64,000 nt of DNA, taken from an uncultured Hyphomicrobiales bacterium (GTDB taxonomy: Bacteria > Bacteroidota > Ignavibacteria > Kapaibacteriales > UBA2268). Location of the stretch: positions 81-64,080 of the forward strand of contig CAZOBD010000004.1 of NCBI GenBank assembly GCA_964577665.1. Reading direction: 5' to 3'. The first letter of the stretch is position 1; every line of letters begins with the position of its first letter. Below the pieces are notes generated by a model. That model saw only the letters and a program-made list of their open reading frames with translations. It was not told the DNA's origin and searched no databases. Of this stretch, positions 40,701 to 52,500 are shown in pieces. The translations under genes were made by a program, and so were the position numbers.

Positions 40701-42051
40701 CCATATCCTTTTCATCGTATTTGTATAATCCCCGGTTCGTGCCGGCAAAAAATCCCGGATTGTCGTAAGATTTGAAAAACTGGACTGATATATCGCTCTT
40801 TATCTCTTCGCCGAATGTTTTTGGAAGCGAGCTCTGCCATGAAATTCCGCCGTCTTCAGACTTGAAAATGCCGTCCATGTTTTTAAAGCCGGCATAAATA
40901 ATGTCTTTATAAACAGCGACGGCGCTCAGGTTGTCATTTGCAATACAGCGGTTAATAATGCTCCACCCTGCACCTTTACTGTCAGAAAAGATAATGCCTC
41001 TTTTTTCTTCGGGGCAGGCTGCTATGCTATTATCATCATCCGCTGAAAAATTATTTTCGTTCAATTCAAAATCCGCGGTTTTCTTCCATGATTTCCCAAA
41101 ATCATCACTGTATTGAGTCTCTCCCCCTTTACTCATAAAAATATCGTTGTTTCCAAGCATAAAGGCATAATTAATTTCTTCCTGTCCTCCATAAACTATC
41201 CTTCTGTCAGCTCCGCCGTTTAAGGAAAGTATTAACATTCTGCCGTTAGACCCCTTTTGCAGATAAAACAGATTTCCGAAGCGGTAAAAGATTTTTTCAA
41301 AAATATCTCCGCCCTGAGTTTGATAGACAATTTCCCAGTTTTGTTTCTGCGGATTGTACTTCACGTGTTTAGATGAAATTTTTTCAGTGAGCTTGTATTC
41401 CGAAAAGATGAGATGAGCAGCTTTTTTTTCATCAAGGTAGAAAAAATCGGCTTTTTGAAGTTTTTCAGCTTCCCACAGTTTATTCCATTTTTTTCCTTCG
41501 TTTCCGGAATGAGCAAGTTCATTAACGGCACATACGAATAAATCCGAACCCGAAACTTCCATTCCAAGTATTTCCAGACGGTTGAAATATATCTCCGTCC
41601 AGCTTTTGCCTGAGTCTTCAGTTTTATAAACATACCAGCCCCTAATATTGGGGTTAATATTATTATCAAAAACGATGATATAAAAAACACTGCTGTTTTG
41701 AAAAATCAGGTCTTTAACATCATCACCATAAATCTGAGTCCATTTTTGCCCGTTTTCCGATGAAAGATACGGTATGATTTTTCCATCTTTATTTTTTATA
41801 CCACACACAACCGTTTCGTCCTTACCCCAGAATTTCATCACCGCTCCGGGCAGACCTCCAAGTAAAATATCCCAATGAGGTTTCCCCTCGGCTTTTTTGC
41901 AAATCTCGCCTTTTGCTGTGCCTGCAAATAAACCTTTATGAAATTGAACTGACGTAAAATTTCCTTTTACGCCCGGCTTTTGCCAAGTGTCCTCAGCCTG
42001 TGAAAATGAAAAGATAATCAAAAAGAGAGTAAAAGAAGTAAAGATTTTCAT
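37747..42051 (-). CDS. Giant secreted T9SS cargo protein: N-terminal BNR/Asp-box beta-propeller region, central HEXXH zinc-metalloprotease-like domain, C-terminal T9SS sorting domain
   Basis: 1434 aa; signal peptide; Asp-boxes (TEDSGKSW, SDDFGKSW, SEDGGISW, SMDNGAKW); zinc-binding-type motif RMIGHELGHYMMGFKDEYEDD; CTD …MYPNPAENIVSMQYYL…VYIAVLKTKSGSLSKKLIIAGY. Confidence 0.65.
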   Translation of the reverse strand: MKIFTSFTLFLIIFSFSQAEDTWQKPGVKGNFTSVQFHKGLFAGTAKGEICKKAEGKPHWDILLGGLPGAVMKFWGKDETVVCGIKNKDGKIIPYLSSENGQKWTQIYGDDVKDLIFQNSSVFYIIVFDNNINPNIRGWYVYKTEDSGKSWTEIYFNRLEILGMEVSGSDLFVCAVNELAHSGNEGKKWNKLWEAEKLQKADFFYLDEKKAAHLIFSEYKLTEKISSKHVKYNPQKQNWEIVYQTQGGDIFEKIFYRFGNLFYLQKGSNGRMLILSLNGGADRRIVYGGQEEINYAFMLGNNDIFMSKGGETQYSDDFGKSWKKTADFELNENNFSADDDNSIAACPEEKRGIIFSDSKGAGWSIINRCIANDNLSAVAVYKDIIYAGFKNMDGIFKSEDGGISWQSSLPKTFGEEIKSDISVQFFKSYDNPGFFAGTNRGLYKYDEKDMVWKNIRKDYHKYISLDKDSKGYIYALLEDAKMNKLFYSMDNGAKWQEINTWSNNFEKIFVDKKDIIWAVPVGKKGLYQGESGGKSWYEEFTEEDAVFKDITESDDALFAASDKGVYKIKDGKISLTGNKDAGLKKITFKKDKGLYAFGKDKVSHSKYGASWIDADNSGINADISDMFIDIERILISTQSGLLAAAAPFSDMFWSIRIHDIDSIRIPGRPFRVWKHIHYGFPQEYLGEYYTSSEGAFALRKSDIERGHFLRIYLDEYLHEEPAAKPGHSAVDNVMYKVSLNNLDFRKSIPFYHIYYEDRPQDIYMISGTYEYNLIVSVEWDAKREVLEAIEDWFKDASNYLFDVTDGHLFFNKVVVYDNKQHWDDCDIRFYANNTQWPCARVNGIFDPDEGHVHLPRRFFDSKANTIYILSEDDWYLRDAPENPRMIGHELGHYMMGFKDEYEDDEGNSVFRHYNFGFMDCDRSYCDNWSSEMSTPDRYPDNSYKITEQWSVNGMDCWSQWNQEREGTYEGIPCPIRTPEEDGRSAPERGPGDGRSSRGYGFEVDHLLDFEIHDFIDDVETGDLDLTIYSESGSLAHRAMVSHVKMISDSEALFKDQGKTREDGKIKVVGAAIGDVIWVLYQNPWTGEDEFSTLYIDAVSKMKKDNQILEKKQTLKKVAGEFGIVPQWDIQADGSLIIDFYMENMYPGGGTLTSVLEKSSFDIKMAAQKENYYTAEVNKNYMDEGKMFISAKDNEENEFKVPFDYGFYPKQQKIFENSGLCTLYISSENKVIDKFGIASSQFSTIPEGFNDGFLKVSPLYSISAFPLSMNGLTGKNIIKIKYDDIIPDDKNEENICVFMWNTGKRAWENLGGRVDTAGNYVSTIMNGLGSYLAVLDGEVSGINQFFDSNIKFEMYPNPAENIVSMQYYLPSPGEITLELFNTIGNKVSTLLENHYSKAGFNTFQTDLSHLSDGVYIAVLKTKSGSLSKKLIIAGY

Positions 42052-42857
42052 GGCAGTCTCCCCGTTGTATATAAAAGGAACAATTAAAATGCAGCTTATT
42101 TCTCTTGGTCAGTCTTTTTTTTCAAGAAGTTTGCAATTGTGATTTTCTTATTTCAAAAATTTTTATTATTCAAAATTTGAGTTTTATAATTTGCAAAAGA
42201 AATCTAAGATTTACAAAATTATTTTCAGATGAATCAAATATTTCACTCACCTTTACAAGTAAACAAGATATAAATGAGACTTGTGAAAAATCAATATTTT
42301 TTCTAAGATTTGAGATTCCTTTAAAGACAGGAATCTAAATAATGTTTGATAAAATCTACTTGAGATTCCGCAATAAGATTCCTCTGATGAATACAGCAGC
42401 TTCTTTTGTCTCTCCGGCAAGCTGCCGGCTATTCCGAACATTTTTACCAGCAGATGACTCTTGTTTGGTCTGTACATTTTTTACTGATTTTTTTGCGTAA
42501 CAGTTTAACCCTTGGAATATTTCTGATTTACGAAAATGTTATTCTTTTTTATAATTATCCAATATTTTATATTACCTTTTAAAGTGAACTCATTATTAAA
42601 ATAAAATAACGAGTCATGCTGTGTTGAATTAAAGCCAATAAATTAAAAAAATTCGCAGAATTGTGAAAATTGCATAAATTACTGAATAATGTTCAAATTA
42701 GGCTTTAGAATGTAAATTTTTTCGATAGTTATATTGAGATTATTTTTCTTTTTTCATTTTTTTTCTTAATTTAATTAAGGATTCAATACTAAAATATATT
42801 TGGAGGCAGAATAAGCATAAATACCGAATTTTTCTAATGACTTTTTAAGGAATAATT

Positions 42858-45572
42858 ATGCGTTTACTTTCTGCAGGTATTTTGCTTCTTTTTGCATTTC
42901 TTCCAATGCAAAGCGAAAATGTTTTCAATTCTTTCTTAGGAAATTACAACTCACATACTCTTGAATCACAAAAATTGATACTCCACTGCCAGGGCGGACG
43001 TATTGAACTTACTCCCTTTACTGAGGAGATTATAAAAGTGGAGGTTTTTGAGGATGCAGATACCCAGAAGAGGCGTTCTTTTGCTGTTTTCCGCAATCCT
43101 GAAAAAGTCCAGACTAAACTTACAAATAATCCTGATTTTCTTGTTTATTCATCAGGCACAATAAAGACAATGATTCGAAAATATCCATTAAAGCTTTCTT
43201 TCATCAAAGACGGAGATACGCTTCTTAAGGAAAAATTCGGTACATATCACATGGGCTGGGGTTTCGGAAACACTTTTGAAAAAGAACCCGGCGAAATGTT
43301 CTTCGGCACTGGAGAGCGCGCTCTGCCGCAGGATAGAAACAATTATTTTTTAAGAAACAATAACTCCCACAGATTCAGATATACATGTGATCACGGCTGG
43401 ATGTCCATAGGAATACCATTCTACATATCCTCAAAAATGTATGGTTTATTTATGGACAATCATGAAGTAGGGATTATGGACTTTGGAACTGTATTTCAGG
43501 ATGCTGTAATAATTAATGCTTACAGCAATCATTTAAGATATTATGTAATATTTGGAGATTCATACGGTGATATTCTAAAAAGATACACTAAGCTCACCGG
43601 ATTCCAGAGATTTTTGCCAAGATGGGCTTTAGGCTATATGCAGTCAAGAATGATATATTTTACTTCAGACCAAACAAGAGAAATAGTAAGCAACATGCAA
43701 AATGATAGTATTCCTTTAGATGTAATATTGCTTGATGTCGGTTGGTTCGGAGCGCATGACAGTCTTGGAAGTAATACATGGAAAGGCGGATTTCAAGACG
43801 GCACTGTCCTTGTTGATGACTTATTAAAAAAATCAATAAAAACAATTCCAATTTTTAATCCTTACTTTTTAGTCAATAATGAAAATTTTGACAAAGGGAT
43901 GGAATATGATTGTTTTGTTAAAAATGAGAATGATATGCCATATGAAATTGATATTCTTGAAAAGCCCAGCGTTTTAGCAGATGTTTCTCATCCTGCCTCT
44001 GAAGAATTTTTATGGAACTTATATGATCCATTGGTCAGAGACGGTATTGCCGGATTTTGGCTTGACTATGGAGAGCCTCAGCACCACGAAGAAGATATGA
44101 AACATTATTTAGGCAGCGCTGCATATGTTCACAACATTTTCAATCTTTTTTGGATGAAAATGATTTTTAAGAAATCTAAAGAAATTTATCCTGATAAAAG
44201 AATGTTAATGATTTCCAGATCAGGATGGGTTGGAATGGGAAAATATGGTGTCTGCAATTGGTCTGGCGATGTTGACAGATCATATCTTGGAATGAAATTT
44301 CAAATTCCCTTAATGATTGGAGCCGGCATAAGCGGTGTACCTTATTTACATTCTGACATCGGCGGCTTCTCCGGTTCTCCTTCTTTTCCCATAAGATTTA
44401 TTCGATGGATGCAGTTAGGAGCTTTCTCACCGATAATGCGTACTCATAATGCGGAAATTCCTGCAGAACCATTCAGATATGAAGAACCCTACAAAAGCAT
44501 TCTTAGAAAATTCATTAACCTGAGGTATAAGTTAATTCCTTATAATTATACACTTATGTGGGAGAACCACAAAACGGGTATCCCTTTAATGAGGCAGATG
44601 GACTTTTATGAAAATGACAATCCGAATCTCTATAGAATTGATGATCAATATTTTTGGGGGGAGAATTTTATTTCGGCACCGGTGATAGATTCTCTGGCTT
44701 TAGAGAGAAATGTAATACTACCCGAAGGCAGGTGGTTTTCTTACTGGGATCACAGCATATATGACGGAAGCGCAACTGTTACTGTTCCTGCTCCCCTGGA
44801 TGAAATGCCTCTGCTGGTTCGCTCGGGAAGCATAATTCCGACAGCTCCGGTTTATCAGTCTTTAGATTATTACAACAGCGACAGTTTAATTGTAGAGTAC
44901 TATTATGACGAAAAGGTATCATCCTCTTCGTTTTCGATGTACAACGACGACGGCATAACCGACGAAGCATATAAGCGCAGCCGGTACGAAGTCATCGAGT
45001 TCAAAGCTGATAATTCACAAAAAGGAATAAATTTCAATATCGATTCCAAGGGTCCCGGTTTTCAAACAAAACCATTTATAAGAGGGATGCTGATTAAAAT
45101 GATAAATGTTACAAAGGATCAGTATTCGATAGAGCTGAACGGAAGTTCTTTGAAATTTTATTCAAATAAAGATGATTTTACTCAAAATGACTCGTGTGTA
45201 TGGTGGGACCGTAAGAATTCAATTCTTTACGTCAAATTCACGTGGAGAAATGATCCATCCTCAATTGAAGTAACTTACGGCACAAGCAGTGTTTCTTCAT
45301 TTGAAGGAAAATGCAAATTACTTGATAACCCCTATCCCAATCCATTTTCAAAAACTGTTTTCATAACTGTAAACATAAAAAAATCCGGTATTTATAAGCT
45401 GCGAGTTTTCGATGTTAACGGCAAATCAGTATTTGAACAAAACAACTATTATCTACCGGGAAAATACGTAACTGCATGGAGTCCTGATGAAATCTCTACG
45501 GGTTTATATAAAGCAGTAATCTCTTCCGAAGAAATTTTGGAAAACAGAAATCTGATTTTTATTAATGAATAA
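42858..45572 (+). CDS. Glycoside hydrolase family 31 (alpha-glucosidase/alpha-xylosidase-like) with T9SS C-terminal sorting domain
   Basis: 904 aa; signal peptide; GH31 nucleophile region GFWLDYGEP (cf. WIDMNE) and acid/base region CNWSGDVDRSY (cf. HWTGDV); CTD …NPYPNPFSKTVFITVNIK…. Confidence 0.75.
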   Translation: MRLLSAGILLLFAFLPMQSENVFNSFLGNYNSHTLESQKLILHCQGGRIELTPFTEEIIKVEVFEDADTQKRRSFAVFRNPEKVQTKLTNNPDFLVYSSGTIKTMIRKYPLKLSFIKDGDTLLKEKFGTYHMGWGFGNTFEKEPGEMFFGTGERALPQDRNNYFLRNNNSHRFRYTCDHGWMSIGIPFYISSKMYGLFMDNHEVGIMDFGTVFQDAVIINAYSNHLRYYVIFGDSYGDILKRYTKLTGFQRFLPRWALGYMQSRMIYFTSDQTREIVSNMQNDSIPLDVILLDVGWFGAHDSLGSNTWKGGFQDGTVLVDDLLKKSIKTIPIFNPYFLVNNENFDKGMEYDCFVKNENDMPYEIDILEKPSVLADVSHPASEEFLWNLYDPLVRDGIAGFWLDYGEPQHHEEDMKHYLGSAAYVHNIFNLFWMKMIFKKSKEIYPDKRMLMISRSGWVGMGKYGVCNWSGDVDRSYLGMKFQIPLMIGAGISGVPYLHSDIGGFSGSPSFPIRFIRWMQLGAFSPIMRTHNAEIPAEPFRYEEPYKSILRKFINLRYKLIPYNYTLMWENHKTGIPLMRQMDFYENDNPNLYRIDDQYFWGENFISAPVIDSLALERNVILPEGRWFSYWDHSIYDGSATVTVPAPLDEMPLLVRSGSIIPTAPVYQSLDYYNSDSLIVEYYYDEKVSSSSFSMYNDDGITDEAYKRSRYEVIEFKADNSQKGINFNIDSKGPGFQTKPFIRGMLIKMINVTKDQYSIELNGSSLKFYSNKDDFTQNDSCVWWDRKNSILYVKFTWRNDPSSIEVTYGTSSVSSFEGKCKLLDNPYPNPFSKTVFITVNIKKSGIYKLRVFDVNGKSVFEQNNYYLPGKYVTAWSPDEISTGLYKAVISSEEILENRNLIFINE

Positions 45573-45681
45573 TCGTCCAACTTTTCAAAATCATTACACT
45601 TAATAACGAATTACAACGTTTTAATATCCTATAAATGAATTTTAGCATGAAATTTGTTGCAACAATCATTTAAAGGAGCCT

Positions 45682-46983
45682 ATGAAAGCAGAGAAACTCG
45701 AACTGCCCCTGCTGCAGGACGCAAACATCAAAGGAAAAACAATTCTGATGAGAGTTGACCACAACGTGGTTAAAAAAGGCGAGATAATAGACCCTTACCG
45801 AATAGATGCCACAATCGGCACAATTTTCCACATATATGCCCGCGGCGGTAAAGTCATTCTTATGACTCATGTAGGAAGACCCCGCAATAAAAAAACCGGT
45901 GAGATAAAAATATCCGATCATACTTCCATTGAGCCTATTGTTGAATACTTGAACAAAAAACTCAATATAAATCTTGTTGCTGCTGAACCGGGAGAATATG
46001 GCAGCGAAGGTATTGAGCATCTCGATGATTCAATTAAAACACTTCTAAGGGATATGGATGAAGGGACAATTGACGGCATCTATCTGCCAAATACCCGCTG
46101 GTTCAAAGGCGAGGAAAGCAAGGATGATGCGGCTCAAAAATTTGCAGAAGAGCTTGCAGAACTTGCCGATATTTATGTAAATGACGCCTTTGGAAGCTGG
46201 CAGCCACATGTATCAACTTATCATATTGCAAAACAGCTTCCATCATACGCAGGACATTTAATGCAGAAAGAATTAATCAACTTAGAAAGAATATACGATC
46301 CGAAAAAACCTTTCATTGCAGTTGTAGCCGGTTCAAAATTTGACACAAAAATAGATTCACTTTATGAATTGATAAAAAAAGCCGATAAGCTTATTCTCGG
46401 CGGGGTTATGTATAATGCCTGGCTTTCCGCAAAGTACAACTTCGACATAAAAGGCATTAGCGACGAAGATATGAAACATGCGCGGGATTTCGTAGAGTTT
46501 TCCAAAAAATACGAAGGCAAACTTATTGAATTGCCATATATCGTTGAGTCCGATACACTCGAAGGAAAATTTGAAGGAAAGCACAGAACACACAATATAA
46601 AAGAACTCAAGCCCGGCACTAAATTAAATTATGTCTTAGATGTAGCGCCGGAGTCTTTCGACAATGAGGAAATAAAAGATGTTTTCCATGAAGCAAAAAC
46701 CGTTTTTGTCAATGCGGTAATGGGATTCACCCCGCACTTTAACGAGGGAACAATAGCTCTCGACCAGACCATTGACGAAAACCGAGAAGCATCAAAACTA
46801 TATGGCGGCGGCGACACCATGCAGGAGCTGAAAAGATTGCTGCCGGGGCTTTACATTGTTGCCATTGACAGCCCGAAATATTATATATTTACAGGAGGCG
46901 GTGCAGTTCTCCGCGCTATCCAAGACGGAACATATCTCGGCTTGGAACCGGTAAAAGCTTTACATGAGCAGTATTCCAAATAA
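45682..46983 (+). CDS. Divergent phosphoglycerate kinase-like paralog
   Basis: 433 aa; PGK-like blocks with substitutions (RVDHNVV vs RVDFNVP; MTHVGRP vs SHLGRP; C-terminal GGGDTMQEL vs GGGDSAAA); AGGAG RBS 6 bp upstream. Confidence 0.6.
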   Translation: MKAEKLELPLLQDANIKGKTILMRVDHNVVKKGEIIDPYRIDATIGTIFHIYARGGKVILMTHVGRPRNKKTGEIKISDHTSIEPIVEYLNKKLNINLVAAEPGEYGSEGIEHLDDSIKTLLRDMDEGTIDGIYLPNTRWFKGEESKDDAAQKFAEELAELADIYVNDAFGSWQPHVSTYHIAKQLPSYAGHLMQKELINLERIYDPKKPFIAVVAGSKFDTKIDSLYELIKKADKLILGGVMYNAWLSAKYNFDIKGISDEDMKHARDFVEFSKKYEGKLIELPYIVESDTLEGKFEGKHRTHNIKELKPGTKLNYVLDVAPESFDNEEIKDVFHEAKTVFVNAVMGFTPHFNEGTIALDQTIDENREASKLYGGGDTMQELKRLLPGLYIVAIDSPKYYIFTGGGAVLRAIQDGTYLGLEPVKALHEQYSK

Positions 46984-47017
46984 GTATTTGTAATTGTTTA
47001 ATCATTGGAGCAGATAT

Positions 47018-48205
47018 ATGCAGAGTATGGACAATGGAAATTTTAAATTCAAACATGTATTAATCCGCGTGGATTTCAATGTTCCCTTAGATTCAAAGCT
47101 AAACGTTGTAGATGATATGAGAATTACCGAATCTCTTCCATCCATAGACCAGATAATTGATGACGGAGGCATTCCCATAATTATATCCCATCTCGGGAGG
47201 CCCGGAGGAAGTCAGGAGAGAAAGTTCTCATTAGCTCCCGTTGCCAAGTATATGCATCAAAAATGGGGCTACAATGTAATTTTTGCCGAAGACTGCATAG
47301 GTCATCATCCTGAAAGAGCAGTTCAGCAGGCAAAACCCGGGGATGTAGTATTATGTGAAAATTTACGTTTCCATGAAGGAGAAAAGAAAAACGATATCGA
47401 ATTCGCAAAGCAGCTTGCAAAGCTCGGAGACTGTTACGTAAATGATGCTTTCGGTACTGTTCATCGCTATCATGCCAGCATACATGCACTACCGGGGCTT
47501 TTTGAAAAGAGATATATGGGCAAATCCGTGCAGTTTGAACTTGAATACTTAAAAAACGCTTTAAACAATCCTGCTTCTCCTTATGTAGCCGTTATAGGCG
47601 GAGCTAAAATCTCAGGAAAAATTGAAGTTATCCGCACTCTTATCGATCAATGCGACAAAGTACTTATTGGCGGCGGCATGATATTCACCTTTTTTAAAGC
47701 CATGGGTTATAATATCGGCAGATCAATTTTTGAAGAAGATAAAATATCTCTTGCTAAAGAACTAATAGAGCTATCAAACGAAAAAGGCAAGTCACTGATG
47801 CTTCCCGAGGATATTGTAATTGCCGATAATTTTTCTCCCGATGCCGAAGACCAGACCGTTGCCGTGGATCAAATCCCATCGGACTGGATGGGAATGGACT
47901 TAGGTGATAACACAATAAATAAATATAAAGAAGTCATCTTAAATGCCAACACAATCACATGGAACGGACCCATGGGTGTTTTTGAATTCAGAAAATTTGC
48001 CCGCGGCACAAAACAAATAGGCAATGCCCTTGCAAACGCAACTTCAAAAGGCGCAATAACCATTCTCGGCGGCGGTGATTCCGCTGCGGCAATGAAAAAA
48101 ATGCACCTTATTAACAAGGTAACGCATCTGTGCCCCGGAGGAGGAGCTTGGCTGAAATATATGGAAGGCGGAGAACTCCCCGGAATAGAGGCTTTGAAAA
48201 AATAA
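47018..48205 (+). CDS. pgk: Phosphoglycerate kinase
   Basis: Canonical PGK blocks (LIRVDFNVPLD, ISHLGRPGG, …ILGGGDSAAAMKK…); ATG at 47018 with GGAG RBS preferred over TTG at 46994. Confidence 0.85.
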   Translation: MQSMDNGNFKFKHVLIRVDFNVPLDSKLNVVDDMRITESLPSIDQIIDDGGIPIIISHLGRPGGSQERKFSLAPVAKYMHQKWGYNVIFAEDCIGHHPERAVQQAKPGDVVLCENLRFHEGEKKNDIEFAKQLAKLGDCYVNDAFGTVHRYHASIHALPGLFEKRYMGKSVQFELEYLKNALNNPASPYVAVIGGAKISGKIEVIRTLIDQCDKVLIGGGMIFTFFKAMGYNIGRSIFEEDKISLAKELIELSNEKGKSLMLPEDIVIADNFSPDAEDQTVAVDQIPSDWMGMDLGDNTINKYKEVILNANTITWNGPMGVFEFRKFARGTKQIGNALANATSKGAITILGGGDSAAAMKKMHLINKVTHLCPGGGAWLKYMEGGELPGIEALKK

Positions 48206-48278
48206 CTCTACTACGGTAAAGAATTTCTATATCCGGAAAAATAATTACATACTGTTCTTTGGGTTATAAATAAAATAA

Positions 48279-49337
<1,059 letters not shown>

Positions 49338-49362
49338 AAACTATCTGAAAAGAATAATTAAA

Positions 49363-49410
49363 ATGTCCGGTATAATTACATGCCGGACATTTTTTTATTT
49401 TTTATTTATT
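49363..49410 (+). terminator. Rho-independent terminator after gap: ATGTCCGG-N12-CCGGACAT hairpin + T-run
   Basis: Perfect 8-bp stem followed by TTTTTTTATTTTTTATTT; stem belongs to the GATGTCCGGCATC palindrome family. Confidence 0.7.
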
Positions 49411-49547
49411 TAGTAAGTTTTCCACACAATTTTGTGGACAAAATGTGGAAAAGCATATCCTCATGTTGAAATATTTTACTTTGCCGTTCAAGAAAATTTA
49501 TTTTACTTGCCTGCATCTATTTGTCAAAAAAATAATCTGAATAATAA

Positions 49548-52500
49548 ATGAGAGATTTTGTACATCTTCATAATCATACGCATTTTTCCCTGCTGGATTC
49601 CATAACCGAACCAAAACAGCTGATTGAAGCCGCTCTAAAAGATGAGCAAAAAGCCATTGCTCTTACAGATCACGGAGTTATGTTCGGTTGTTTTCAATTT
49701 AATAAAATTGCGGGTAAACTTGGTATTAAGCCCATCTTAGGCATGGAAGCTTACGTCGCAAACGGGAGCAGGTTCGATAAGATTTCAGGAAAAGATAAAA
49801 ATAAAAAGAAACGCAATTATTTTCATCTGGTTCTGCTTGCAAAAGATATGCAGGGCTACAAAAATTTGATGAAGCTCACATCTCTCGGTCACACAGAAGG
49901 TTTTTACTATAAACCGCGGATTGACCGCGAGCTGCTTGAAAAATATCACGATGGCTTGATTGCAACAGGAGCCTGCATGGCAGGTGAAATAAATCACTGG
50001 CTTATTCAAAATGATATGGAAAAAGCTCGCGAAGCCGCAGTTTTTTATAGAGATCTTTTTGGTGATGATTTTTACATCGAGCTTCAGAACCATAACCTTA
50101 AAGAAGATGTATTTATATTAAACAGAGGTCCGAAACTTGCGGCAGAGCTTGGAATTAAAACGGTATGTACTAATGACGTACACTATCTGGAAAAAGAACA
50201 TGCCATTGCCCATAATGTTTATCTACTAATAAAAGATGTTAAGGGCAATGCAGAAAATATTGACATTAACAAACTTCGGTACCGTACTCCTGAGATGTAC
50301 TTTAAAACCCGAGAGGAAATGAACAAGCTCTTTGGGGATTATCCTGAAGCACTGGACAGTACGGTAGAAATTGCAGAAAAATGTAATCTCACATTTGAAA
50401 GCAAGCTTTTTATGCCTGAGTTTCCCATACCGAAAGAATCTTCTTCCACTACACTCGAAGAATATCTTGAAGAACTGACATTCAACGGCTTGCGAAAAAA
50501 ATACAAAGAAATAACTCCCGAAATAGAAGAACGCGCCCGTATGGAGCTTGATATAATCAAAAAAATGAAATTCCCGGGATATTTTCTTATTGTGCAGGAT
50601 TTTATCCGTGCCGCCAAGGAAATGGGAGTTCGCGTCGGTCCCGGACGCGGTTCCGCAGCAGGAAGTATTGTAGCTTATGCGCTGGATATTACAAATGTGG
50701 ACCCTCTGCCCTACAATCTTCTCTTCGAGCGCTTCCTTAATCCGGAAAGAGTAACTATGCCCGATATTGACATCGACTTCAACGATGAAAAACGGGATCT
50801 GGTAATCAATTACGTGAAAAGACTTTACGGAGAAAATGCCGTAGCCATGATTATTACTTTCAATAAACTTTCCACAAAAGCTGTTTTAAAAGATGTAGGC
50901 AGAGTGCTCGGCATTCATCACAGCGAGATCAATGACATAACTAAAAAAATTCCTGTGGTGCAGGGCAAAGTCACCCCTCTTGAGGATGCCCTTGAGCTTC
51001 CCGAACTTCAACATCTGAAAGACAGCAAAGATAAAAAAATCAGAGATTTAATAAGATACGGAATCCTTCTTGAAAATAAAAACAGAAATCCTGGCACTCA
51101 TGCAGCGGGAGTTGTCATTGCGCCCGATGAAATCACGAAATTTGTTCCCCTTTACCAAAACAGCAAGTCAAAAACTCAAAGCATTCCCGTTGCCACTCAA
51201 TACACCATGGAAGAAGTGGAAGGTTCCGGTCTTCTGAAAATGGATTTTCTGGGACTGCAAACACTTTCCATCATAGATCACACTCTGCAATTAATCGAAA
51301 AAAATTATGACAAGAAAATAGACCTTGACGCTATAGATTTCCACGACCCCAAGACTTATCAGCTTCTTTCGGAAGGCAGAACCCTTTCGGTATTTCAGTT
51401 CGAATCAAAGGGTATGCAGGAGTATCTTAAGCAGCTTAAGCCGCATAATCTGGAAGAAATCACGGCTATGAACGCACTTTACAGACCGGGACCAATGGAA
51501 AATATTCCTGAGTTTATTGCGAGAAAACACGGCAAAAACAAAATAGAATATCTCCATCCTATCATGGAGAAAGCATTAAAAACTACTTACGGAATAATAG
51601 TCTATCAAGAGCAGGTAATGCAGCTTGCACGGGACATTGCAGGTTTTTCCCTTGGAGGTGCTGATATTTTACGGCGCGCTATGGGTAAGAAAAAAGTTGC
51701 CGTTATGGAGCAGCAAAAACCGGTTTTCATAGAAGGAGCAGCAAAAAACGGCATAGATAAAAAAACTGCAGAAGAGATTTTCCATTTGATAGAAAAATTT
51801 GCCAAATACGGTTTCAATAAATCTCACTCTCTGGCTTATTCATATCTTGCATTCCAGACTGCATGGCTAAAAACTCATTATCCCGGTGAGTTTTTAGCTG
51901 CAAATATGAGCGCCGAAATCTCCGATCAGGATAAAATCGTAATGCTGATTGACGAAGCAAAGCATTTTGGAATTGAAGTAGTACATCCGGATGTCAACAA
52001 ATCTCTCGGTCAGTTCTATTCCAAAGATAAGAAAATCTTCTTCGGACTTACCGGCATAAAGAATGTGGGTACTCCTGCCGTAAACAGCATTATCAAAGCC
52101 AGAAACGAAAAGACATTTGAATCATTCTTTGATTTTGTTTCCAGGGTCGATACAAAACTTGTTAACAAAAAATCTTTAGAAGCGCTTGTATGCTCAGGAG
52201 CTTTTGACAGTCTGCATGAAGGAAGACGGGCAGCCTTATTCGCTTCTGTTGAATCTGCACTGGATTATGCCAGAGCGGTTTCTCAAAATGAAATGATACA
52301 GATGGACAGTCTTTTCGGCGAAAGCGCCGAAGCTGACCTCAGCGAACCGGAACTGCCGGAAATTGAGGAATGGCCTGAAATGATACGTCTGGAACATGAA
52401 AAAGAGTATCTGAATTTTTATATAAGCGGACATCCCCTGATGAATTTTTCTCCCTATGTAAACTCACTTTCTACGTGTAAAATATCAAAGTTTCCACCTG

